Made by a program: the position numbers and the translations under genes. The notes below the pieces were generated by a model. That model was not told the origin of the DNA. It saw nothing but the letters and a program-made list of their open reading frames with translations, and did no database searches. From contig CBDBZU010000004.1 in the NCBI GenBank assembly GCA_965213625.1, positions 3,136,001 to 3,200,000 of the forward strand: a stretch of DNA of 64,000 nt, written 5' to 3'. The stretch comes from a bacterium (GTDB lineage Bacteria; UBA8248). Every line of letters starts with the position of its first letter. The first letter of the stretch is position 1. This document shows, piece by piece, positions 27,386-35,415 of the stretch.

Positions 27386-27876
27386 GCGCCCGCCTCCTCG
27401 AAAATTTCCAGCTCGTTCTCGATAAAGGTCTTTTGCTCCGCATCCCAGTAATACACCTTCTGGCCAAGTACGGCGCCTTCGCGCACGCTCATGACAACGT
27501 GCTCGGCATCCGGGAACGCCGGAATATCCCCGAAAGGAACCGCCGCATCCACGTCTTCCTGCGAAAAATAGGCATCCTCGTCCGGGTGGCTGTGGAATAT
27601 GCCGCGAACCACCTCGCCCGCCTTCTCCGCTTCTCTCACGATGCGCTCGAACTCGAAGGGATCGATCAGAAAGGCGCGCCGCGCCGTCCGTGGATATATT
27701 TCCGGGTCCTTCTCGTGCATCTCGTTCTGCACGTTCTTACAAGGCTGGAGTGCGAGCGTTTCAACTTTGCCCTCCAGCCCAGGCGGGGGACCGATTATCA
27801 ACCCGCAGCACTCATCGGGATACGCCTCTCGCGCGTGATGGTGCATCGCCTCCACCTGTTCAAGTGTCAGACGCAA
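27382..27876 (-). CDS. JAB/JAMM (M67) metallopeptidase, Mec-like
   Basis: YPDECCG and FHSHPDEDAYFSQED (E...HxHx7SxxD). Confidence 0.92.
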   Translation of the reverse strand: MRLTLEQVEAMHHHAREAYPDECCGLIIGPPPGLEGKVETLALQPCKNVQNEMHEKDPEIYPRTARRAFLIDPFEFERIVREAEKAGEVVRGIFHSHPDEDAYFSQEDVDAAVPFGDIPAFPDAEHVVMSVREGAVLGQKVYYWDAEQKTFIENELEIFEEAGA

Positions 27877-27887
27877 AACAAGCCTCC

Positions 27888-28826
27888 CTAGCGCGCTTCG
27901 CTCAAGTACCTGTCCCCCCCGTCGGGGAGCAGGGTGACGATAACGCCCTTCCCTATCTGCTTCGCCACCTCGCGCACGCCCACGAGCGCGGCTCCCGCCG
28001 AGTGGCCGATGAAGAGGCCCTCTTCTTTCGCGATGCGTTCGGCGAGATCGTAGCTTTCCTCGGTGCTCGCCAGAATCAGGTTGTCGTGCACGCTTTCATC
28101 GTAAATCTCCGGGCGTATGGCCGTGGGGATGTGCTTCATGCCCTCCAAACCATGAAATGATTCCGAGGGCATAACCGCATACACCACGACATCCTGCTTC
28201 CTTGCCTTCAAGCCGCGCCCCGTGCCCACCAGGGTGCCCGTGGTGCCGAGACCCGCAACGAAGTGCGCCACCCGCCCGTCGGTCTGCTCCAGAATCTCGA
28301 CCGCCGTTGTCTCCACGTGTGCGAGCGGATTGGCGGGGTTGTCGTACTGGCAGGGTAAAAAGTATTTTTCCGGCTCCTCGCGGTACATCTTCGCCGCGAG
28401 GCGCTGCGCGCCGTCCGAACCCTCCAGGGGATCAGAGAGAACGATGTCGGCCCCGTAGCCCTTGAGCGTCGCCTTGCGCTCGTCGCTCGCGTTCGCAGGC
28501 AAGACGAGGCGGATGGGAATCCCGAGTGCGGCGCCTATCATGGCGTACGCGATGCCGGTGTTCCCGCTCGTGGAATCCAGGAGAATCTTGCCGGGGCGCA
28601 ACTGGCCCGTTTCCAGGCCGTCTTTCACCATGAAGAGCGCCGGCCTGTCCTTCACCGAGCCGCCCGGATTGAACCACTCCGCCTTGGCGTAGACCTCAAC
28701 GTCCGGGAATTCGATCTCGAACAACTTGATCTTGAGCAACGGGGTGTTGCCGATACACTTGATTATCGGGGAATCCTCCAGGTTTCTGAACGCGCTCGCG
28801 GGATTCTCCACCGTCGATTCGACCAT
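27888..28826 (-). CDS. Cysteine synthase family protein (CysM / sulfur-carrier-dependent type)
   Basis: IGNTPL, NPGGSVKDR, TSGNTG, QYDNPAN, GLGTTGT, GLEGMKH, PDGGDRYLS. Confidence 0.88.
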   Translation of the reverse strand: MVESTVENPASAFRNLEDSPIIKCIGNTPLLKIKLFEIEFPDVEVYAKAEWFNPGGSVKDRPALFMVKDGLETGQLRPGKILLDSTSGNTGIAYAMIGAALGIPIRLVLPANASDERKATLKGYGADIVLSDPLEGSDGAQRLAAKMYREEPEKYFLPCQYDNPANPLAHVETTAVEILEQTDGRVAHFVAGLGTTGTLVGTGRGLKARKQDVVVYAVMPSESFHGLEGMKHIPTAIRPEIYDESVHDNLILASTEESYDLAERIAKEEGLFIGHSAGAALVGVREVAKQIGKGVIVTLLPDGGDRYLSEAR

Positions 28827-28859
28827 TGATATGGCCCTCGCACTTTGCTCCTGAAACTC

Positions 28860-29507
28860 TCAGGAAAGGTTCGCACGCGCCTCCATTAGGCCATGCGAAA
28901 AATCGAATCGGGCCTGCACAGTCGACCCCACTGTATCCGTCTCATCCACCAGATGCCTTAAAGTTCTGGCGGCCAGCCATGCGCCCAAAGCGCCCTGGGC
29001 CGCCGTTGAGGCTGACCCTACTTGAGGCGCCATGTTCGGCTTCTCGAAAACGCCGGGGCCTTCTGAAAACTCGCCCGCCTCACCACGGCTCATGCCTCGT
29101 ATATCGAATTTTCCCATTAACTTGACCGTCTCGATATTTCCGGCGGATTCATCGCCCAGCCGGATGAGGACATCGAAATCCTTTCCCGCCACTTCACCCG
29201 GATGAATCGGAACCAGCCTCGAATCGGGATTTAGCCTCTTGAGGCCATTGCCCAGGCTGCCGCCATAGAAGGCGCAAAGCGGCGATTCCCGCTTGAGCCC
29301 ATCGCCTCCATCGAGCGCACACCAGCCGATGCGTCCCACGCCCGCAGCGGCCAGATAGGCCAGGGCCATGAGCGCCGCGCTTTCCTCATCCTCAGAAAAG
29401 ACAATGAGGACGGACGAGGCGAGCAAGCGCTCCTGGCCGACCCCTCCCACGCCGGGGAGTAGTACGTGGCGGCTGTAGCGCTGAATCTGCTCTTCGCTCA
29501 GACCCAA
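28860..29507 (-). CDS. Degenerate ThiF/MoeB-like protein retaining the N-terminal RYSRH helix but lacking ATP- and Zn-binding motifs
   Basis: LSEEQIQRYSRH, GQERL, YLAAAGVG, RLNP and GALGAWLA are retained. GxGxxG, NLxRQ, DxxDN and CxxC are absent. Confidence 0.75.
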   Translation of the reverse strand: MGLSEEQIQRYSRHVLLPGVGGVGQERLLASSVLIVFSEDEESAALMALAYLAAAGVGRIGWCALDGGDGLKRESPLCAFYGGSLGNGLKRLNPDSRLVPIHPGEVAGKDFDVLIRLGDESAGNIETVKLMGKFDIRGMSRGEAGEFSEGPGVFEKPNMAPQVGSASTAAQGALGAWLAARTLRHLVDETDTVGSTVQARFDFSHGLMEARANLS

Positions 29508-29540
29508 GGGACAACTCTCCTCTCGGGAGTTTTCGGACGA

Positions 29541-29819
29541 TTAGAGGCCGCCCGCAATGGCCGGCACGATGGAGACCTCATCCCCATCGCTCACCGCCGT
29601 CCCCTCGCCCTGCAGGAAGCGGATGTCCTCCTGGTTCACATAAATGTTCACGAAGCGGCGCAGCTTGCCCTCCTCGTCATAGAGGCGCTGGCCGATGCCC
29701 GCGAACTGGTTGTCGAGATTTGCGAGCACTTCCTTCACGTCCGCGCCCGCGATATCCACGGCGTCCTGCTGCTGGGTGAACTCCTGTAAAGGTGTCGGAA
29801 TACGAACCGTTACCGCCAT
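29541..29819 (-). CDS. MoaD/ThiS/CysO-family ubiquitin-like sulfur carrier
   Basis: VRIPTPL, LRRFVNIYVN.EDIRF, C-terminus VPAIAGG-L. Confidence 0.93.
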   Translation of the reverse strand: MAVTVRIPTPLQEFTQQQDAVDIAGADVKEVLANLDNQFAGIGQRLYDEEGKLRRFVNIYVNQEDIRFLQGEGTAVSDGDEVSIVPAIAGGL

Positions 29820-29872
29820 TTCTGTCTCCTGATCTGAATGCCCCGCCTTCCGGGGATGCCGAATGAAGATTC

Positions 29873-30832
29873 CTAACGAAAATGCTGCTCCAGACTATAA
29901 TATCTCTCCCAGCCGTCGGGTATGACGACCACCACGTTTTCCTCGGGACTCATCCGCCGCGCCACCTCCAAAGCGGCGCTAACCGCCGCGCCCGCCGAAA
30001 TACCTGCGGCCATGCCCTCCTCGCGGCTTAAGGCCTTGCTCATGTCGTATGCGTCCGAATCGCTCACCGGCATCACCTCATCAATGATCTCCCGGTTGAG
30101 AACGGCGGGAATAAAGCCCGCGCCGATACCCTGAATCTGGTGCGGGCCGGGTTCTCCGCCCGAAAGAACAGGGGACGCGGCGGGCTCCACTCCCACGACG
30201 AGCGTTTCGGACCGCCTCTCCTTCAGGACCTCGCCGACTCCCGTAATGGTGCCACCCGTCCCCACGCCCGCCACGAAGGCATCCACCGCCTCCGCGCCCA
30301 TATCGCGCAGAATCTCGCGCGCCGTGGTTCTACGGTGGATTTCCGGGTTGGCCGGGTTGTTGAACTGCTGGGGCATGAAGTAGTCCGGGTTCTCATCCAA
30401 AATGGCTTCCGCCATCACGAGGGAGCCGTACATGCCACCCTCGCTCGAGCTGAATACCACCTCGGCCCCGTAGCCCGTGAGCAGGGATTTGCGCTCGTGG
30501 CTCATGCTCTTGCTGAGCACGATAATCGTCCTGTAGCCGCGAATGGCGCCGATGAGCGCCAGGCCTATCCCTGTGTTTCCGCTCGTGGGTTCGATGATCG
30601 TTCCACCGGGCCTCAAGAGACCGCGCCGTTCGCCGTCGAGCACCATGCTGAGCGCGATGCGATCCTTCACGCTTCCGCCGGGGTTGTACTGTTCGAGCTT
30701 TGCGAAGACGCGCGCGCCGGACGCATCCGGCAGGCGCTGCAGTTGGACGAGGCTCGTGCTTCCGATGCGATCGATGAGCGAGGGAAGCGCCCTTAGAATC
30801 TGGGGCGGACGGCCCCGGGTGCCCAATGCCAT
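29873..30832 (-). CDS. cysK: Cysteine synthase A
   Basis: NPGGSVKDRIA, EPTSGNTG, QQFNNPAN, GVGTGGT, HQIQGIGAGF, GISAGA. Confidence 0.88.
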   Translation of the reverse strand: MALGTRGRPPQILRALPSLIDRIGSTSLVQLQRLPDASGARVFAKLEQYNPGGSVKDRIALSMVLDGERRGLLRPGGTIIEPTSGNTGIGLALIGAIRGYRTIIVLSKSMSHERKSLLTGYGAEVVFSSSEGGMYGSLVMAEAILDENPDYFMPQQFNNPANPEIHRRTTAREILRDMGAEAVDAFVAGVGTGGTITGVGEVLKERRSETLVVGVEPAASPVLSGGEPGPHQIQGIGAGFIPAVLNREIIDEVMPVSDSDAYDMSKALSREEGMAAGISAGAAVSAALEVARRMSPEENVVVVIPDGWERYYSLEQHFR

Positions 30833-30875
30833 GATAGTACCCTTCCAAGTCTTTTACATAGACCAGCCGAGCGTG

Positions 30876-30908
30876 AGACTATAATTCCCAAACAAATTTG
30901 TCAAGAAT
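30876..30908 (-). promoter_or_regulatory. sigma70 promoter of the cys operon overlapped by an IscR-type-1-like operator
   Basis: Minus strand TTGACA (30904-30899)-N17-TAGTCT (30881-30876). The 25-mer ATTCTTGACAAATTTGTTTGGGAAT (30908-30884) covers the -35. Confidence 0.65.
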
Positions 30909-31034
30909 TCCCAATTAAAGAGTTTTTCCGTTTTTTCTTCCCTTCAACATATTCCCGCATACTCCCAATTTATACTCGGTGTGCTACATTTCCATGTCGC
31001 ATCGCCTTATGATGTGACTCGAAAGGAGAGAGAC

Positions 31035-31856
31035 ATGGCGACATCCGCGGGCGTTCCTCCCATCGCCCTCACCATAGCGGGCTCGGATTCTGGCGGCGGC
31101 GCCGGAATTCAAGCCGACCTCAAGACTTTCAGCGCATTCGGCGTCTATGGCGCCTCGGTCATCACCGCGCTGACGGCGCAAAATACGGTGGGTGTACAGG
31201 GGGTGCACGGTGCGCCGCCTGATTTCATCGCGGCGCAATTCGACTCGGTGTGTTCGGACTTGGACGTAGCTAGCGCAAAAATCGGCATGCTCGCCACTGT
31301 CGACGTCATCGAGGTCGTGGCCGAAAAGCTCAAAGAACACGCGCTCGCGCGTGTCGTGCTCGATCCGGTAATGGTCGCCAAAAGCGGCGACCGCCTCCTG
31401 GCGCCCGACGCGAGAGACGCGCTCGTCGAAAATCTCTTTCCGCTGGCAGAGGTCGTCACCCCCAACACCGAAGAAGCGCGCGATATCCTCGAATCCGGAG
31501 AAATAGAAAACCTCGCACAGATGAAAGACGCCGCACGTGCCCTCCACGAGCGTGGGGCGAAATGCGTTCTGCTCAAAGGGGGCCACATCACCGACGGGGC
31601 GGTTGACATTTTTTTCGACGGAGAAAACGAGGTCGCCCTGGAAGGCAGGCGGGTCGACACCCCCCATACCCACGGTACGGGATGTACGCTATCCTCGGCC
31701 ATCGCGGCCGGACTGGCGCTGGGGGAATCGACCATCGAGGCGGTGAGGCGGGCGAAAGGTTTCATTCAGGGCGCCATCGAGAACGCGCTCGCCATCGGTA
31801 ACGGCAGAGGGCCGCTGAACCACATGTACCGCCAATACGAGGAAAAATCGCCGTGA
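31035..31856 (+). CDS. thiD: Hydroxymethylpyrimidine/phosphomethylpyrimidine kinase
   Basis: LTIAGSDSGGGAGIQADLKTF, TAQNT, DPVM, TPN, KGGH, THGTGCT. Confidence 0.95.
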   Translation: MATSAGVPPIALTIAGSDSGGGAGIQADLKTFSAFGVYGASVITALTAQNTVGVQGVHGAPPDFIAAQFDSVCSDLDVASAKIGMLATVDVIEVVAEKLKEHALARVVLDPVMVAKSGDRLLAPDARDALVENLFPLAEVVTPNTEEARDILESGEIENLAQMKDAARALHERGAKCVLLKGGHITDGAVDIFFDGENEVALEGRRVDTPHTHGTGCTLSSAIAAGLALGESTIEAVRRAKGFIQGAIENALAIGNGRGPLNHMYRQYEEKSP

Positions 31857-31925
31857 GCCACGTATTCTCGCGCCACCGGATTTTTCATATTTCAGGCCAC
31901 GATTCAACGAAAGGAAGGAGCCGTT

Positions 31926-32339
31926 ATGAGCGACAGCCACGATAATAAACCCTTGCGCGTGCGGGAGAGCGAAGCCCTGAGCGGGGAATTGCCCGTGCCC
32001 GGCGGCAGGAGCATGTTCCGCATTCTGCTGGATGAGGAGTCCGTGGGCGCAAAGCAGTTCGCCCTGCTCATCAACGAATTCGACCCGGGCCTCACCTCCA
32101 CCGCCCACAAGCACGACAAAGAAGAACACGCCTTTTACATCATCAGCGGAACGGGTGTGATCGACATCGAGGGGGAGAAGATTACCGTCGAGGCGGGCGA
32201 CGCCGTATTTGTGCCTCCGGGAAACATGCACCAAATCACGAGCACGGGTGACGCGCTGTTCAAATATATGGTTTTATACTCGCCGCCGGGACCCAACGTC
32301 GCGCTCAGGGAAAAAGGCGGCTATGGACTCGCCGAATGA
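31926..32339 (+). CDS. Cupin domain protein
   Basis: HKH..EEH.FYIISGTG and GDAVFVPPGNMH. Confidence 0.88.
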   Translation: MSDSHDNKPLRVRESEALSGELPVPGGRSMFRILLDEESVGAKQFALLINEFDPGLTSTAHKHDKEEHAFYIISGTGVIDIEGEKITVEAGDAVFVPPGNMHQITSTGDALFKYMVLYSPPGPNVALREKGGYGLAE

Positions 32340-32416
32340 TTCGGGTCCGGTGCGTTAAATCGTCTTCATGAAATCGGTATAATGGACTGACTCAATACCC
32401 TTATCGGGAACAGAAA

Positions 32417-34966
32417 ATGACCACTGTGCTTTCGTTTCAGGTCGTGCCCAGCATTCCTCCGGAATTGAAGGGGCTCGAGGAAATCGCCGACAACATCGCC
32501 TTCGACTGGGACCATCGCGCGCGCGCGCTTTTCAGCAGGCTGGACGATGCCCTGTGGGAGGATTACCACTACAATCCCGCGCAGATGCTGCGCTCCGTCT
32601 CTCAGGAGCGGCTCGATGCGGCGGCGCGCGATGCGCATTTTCTCCGCGATATGGAGAGCGTTCTCAAAGAACTTCACGCATATATCCACAAACCATCCTG
32701 GTACCAGAACCTGCCTGCGAGTGAAAAGAGCGAGGAGCTTCGCATCGCTTATTTCAGTATGGAGTTCGGTCTCACGGAATCCGTACCCAACTATTCGGGC
32801 GGCCTGGGCGTCCTCGCCGGCGATCACATGAAATCCGCGAGCGACCTGGGGCTGCCCCTCATCGGTGTGGGCCTCGCCTACGGCCAGGGATATTTTCGCC
32901 AGCATTTAGGCCCCGACGGCTGGCAGCAGGAACGCTACCCGGACAACGATTTTCACCACACGCCGTTCCATCTCGAGCACGATGAGAACGGAGAACCCAT
33001 CACGGTGGAGGTCGATTTCCCCGACGGCCCGCTCACCGCGCAAGTCTGGCACGTGCAGGTGGGCCGCAACCCCATCTACCTCATGGACGCCAACGTGCCC
33101 GGAAACACGGCCTCGCTGCGCGAAATCACTCTGGCCCTCTACGGCGGGGACATGGAGACGCGAATCCGCCAGGAGATACTGCTCGGCATCGGAGGCGTGA
33201 GGCTGCTCCACAAGCTGGGCCTCCCCCCCGTCGTCTGCCACATGAACGAGGGGCACTCCGCCTTCCTGGCACTCGAGAGAATCCGCTATTCGATGGGGAA
33301 ATTCGGCATCGACGCCGGCGCTGCCCAGGAGTTGACCTCAGCTGGAAACATTTTCACGACGCACACGCCCGTCCCGGCGGGCATTGACATCTTTCCACCC
33401 GACATGATGGAAAAATATTTCCGCACTTATGCGGAATCCCTCTCCATGGAATGGGACGATTTTCTGGGTCTTGGCCGAGTGAACCCCGAACAGGGAGATG
33501 AGCCTTTCAACATGGCTGTCCTCGCGCTGCGCCTTTCCTCGGCGGCGAACGGCGTCAGTAAGCTGCATGGCGAGGTGTCGAGAAAGATGTGGCAATCCAT
33601 GTGGCCGGAAGTCCCCGAGCAGGATATTCCTATCGACTCCATCACGAACGGCGTCCATTTTCCCACCTGGGTATCTCCCGGGATGAAGGAGTTGTTCGAC
33701 AGACATCTGGGCGGCGCCTGGGTGGACGAGACAGACAAGCCGGAGATATGGGAGAGAGTCGCCTCTATCCCGGAGAGTGAACTCTGGGGCGTCAGGGAGA
33801 AAAACCGCGAGCGGCTTATCGAATTTTGCCGCGCGCACGCCCACAAGCGGCCACTGGGCAGCGTCACGCGGCCCAATGTCACTATCCTCCCCAATCCCAA
33901 AGCGCTGACGATCGGCTTTGCAAGACGCTTCGCCACCTACAAGCGCGCCACCCTATTGCTCAAGAGGCCAGAGCGCTTTATCTCACTACTCACGAACGAG
34001 GAAAAACCCGTACAATTCGTATTCTCCGGCAAAGCCCACCCGAGGGACATGGAAGGCAAGAGTTTCATACGCGAACTCGTCCATTTCGCCCGAAGGGAAA
34101 ACGTGCGCGACAAGCTCGTTTTCGTGGAGGATTACGATATCCATGTCGGCCGGCAACTCGTGCAGGGGGTGGATTTGTGGCTCAATAATCCCCGCCGCCC
34201 GCAGGAAGCAAGCGGCACCAGCGGCATGAAGGCGGCCGCCAACGGCGCCTTGAACCTGAGCATCATGGACGGCTGGTGGGCGGAAGGGTATGCGAGCCAC
34301 TTAGGGTGGGCCATCGGAGGTCTCGAGACGTACAACGACCCCGGCTACCAGGACGAGATGGAGTGTGAGAGCTTGTTCAACACCCTCGAGCAAGTCGTCG
34401 TTCCCCTTTTCTACGAACGAGGCGATGAGGGCATTCCATACGGTTGGGTAGAGATGATCAAGAATTCACTTCAATCTCTATGCCCCTACTTCAACACGAG
34501 CCGGATGGTGCGCGAGTACGCCGAAAAATTCTACCTGCCCCTGGGGGCGCACCATGCCCGCCTCATGGCGGATGAGCGGAATCCCGCCAAGTCACTTTCC
34601 GACTGGAAAGAGCGCGTGCGCCGCGCCTGGCCCGGGGTGGAGATCACCCAGATATCGATGGCACAAAGCGGCGTAGTTCAACTCGGCGCAAAAATGAGCA
34701 TCGAGGCGGAGGTTTCGCTCGGACATCTTTCCCCCGAAGAAGTTCGTCTCGAGATATACGAAGGTCCAATGAAAGAGGAAAGCCTGTTGTCCGGCGATAT
34801 CGTCTCTCCCATGGTTTTCTCGGAAGACCTCGGCGGCGGCGCATACCGTTTCCGTGGCGAGATAGAATGCCGCAGACCGGGCATGCACGGCGTGTCGGTG
34901 CGTGCGGTGCCCCATCACCCGCATCTCATTCATCCGCTAAGCCTGCATCTTCTCACCTGGGGCTAG
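32417..34966 (+). CDS. glgP: Alpha-glucan (glycogen) phosphorylase
   Basis: AYFSMEFG, YSGGLGVLAGD, HMNEGH, ARRFATYKR, EASGTSGMK. Confidence 0.95.
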   Translation: MTTVLSFQVVPSIPPELKGLEEIADNIAFDWDHRARALFSRLDDALWEDYHYNPAQMLRSVSQERLDAAARDAHFLRDMESVLKELHAYIHKPSWYQNLPASEKSEELRIAYFSMEFGLTESVPNYSGGLGVLAGDHMKSASDLGLPLIGVGLAYGQGYFRQHLGPDGWQQERYPDNDFHHTPFHLEHDENGEPITVEVDFPDGPLTAQVWHVQVGRNPIYLMDANVPGNTASLREITLALYGGDMETRIRQEILLGIGGVRLLHKLGLPPVVCHMNEGHSAFLALERIRYSMGKFGIDAGAAQELTSAGNIFTTHTPVPAGIDIFPPDMMEKYFRTYAESLSMEWDDFLGLGRVNPEQGDEPFNMAVLALRLSSAANGVSKLHGEVSRKMWQSMWPEVPEQDIPIDSITNGVHFPTWVSPGMKELFDRHLGGAWVDETDKPEIWERVASIPESELWGVREKNRERLIEFCRAHAHKRPLGSVTRPNVTILPNPKALTIGFARRFATYKRATLLLKRPERFISLLTNEEKPVQFVFSGKAHPRDMEGKSFIRELVHFARRENVRDKLVFVEDYDIHVGRQLVQGVDLWLNNPRRPQEASGTSGMKAAANGALNLSIMDGWWAEGYASHLGWAIGGLETYNDPGYQDEMECESLFNTLEQVVVPLFYERGDEGIPYGWVEMIKNSLQSLCPYFNTSRMVREYAEKFYLPLGAHHARLMADERNPAKSLSDWKERVRRAWPGVEITQISMAQSGVVQLGAKMSIEAEVSLGHLSPEEVRLEIYEGPMKEESLLSGDIVSPMVFSEDLGGGAYRFRGEIECRRPGMHGVSVRAVPHHPHLIHPLSLHLLTWG

Positions 34967-35062
34967 ACCGGGCGCGCCCAAATGCGTATTTCAAGTTTTT
35001 CCCGCACCTGATAAACTGCTCGTAACGAAGGGCGGTTCAGCAGAATCGGAGGAAAACACTTC

Positions 35063-35377
35063 ATGAGCGAGAAAAAACCATACATCGTCGAAATCGGTCA
35101 GGGAGGTAGAATCCACCTGCCCAAGGACGTCATGAAATCCCTGGAAGCCGGGCCCGGCAATCAAATCCGCTTCGAGCTTGGGGAGGATTCCGTTCAAATT
35201 GTACGGCATCAGGTGAAAGACCCGTTCGCCGAGGCGGCTAAGAAAAAGACCCCCGACATTCAGGATTTGATGAGCCGGCAAGCGGCCAGAAAGAAAGAAG
35301 CGGCCGACTTATTCGCTAAGGGGATGCAGGAGAAACACGAAATCAGGCCCGAAGACCGGGAAGATTTCTGGCGTTAA
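35063..35377 (+). CDS. AbrB/MazE/SpoVT-like DNA-binding domain protein
   Basis: N-terminal VEIGQGGRIHLPKDVM..LEAGPGNQIRF swapped-hairpin pattern; GGAGG RBS. Confidence 0.65.
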   Translation: MSEKKPYIVEIGQGGRIHLPKDVMKSLEAGPGNQIRFELGEDSVQIVRHQVKDPFAEAAKKKTPDIQDLMSRQAARKKEAADLFAKGMQEKHEIRPEDREDFWR

Positions 35378-35415
35378 GATCATAAAACCAGAAATAGGAA
35401 CTGCTCCGGAATACT

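Noticed and set aside
30840-31034. TPP riboswitch upstream of thiD
   Set aside because: No CTGAGA...ACCTG...AGCG.AGG signature on either strand.
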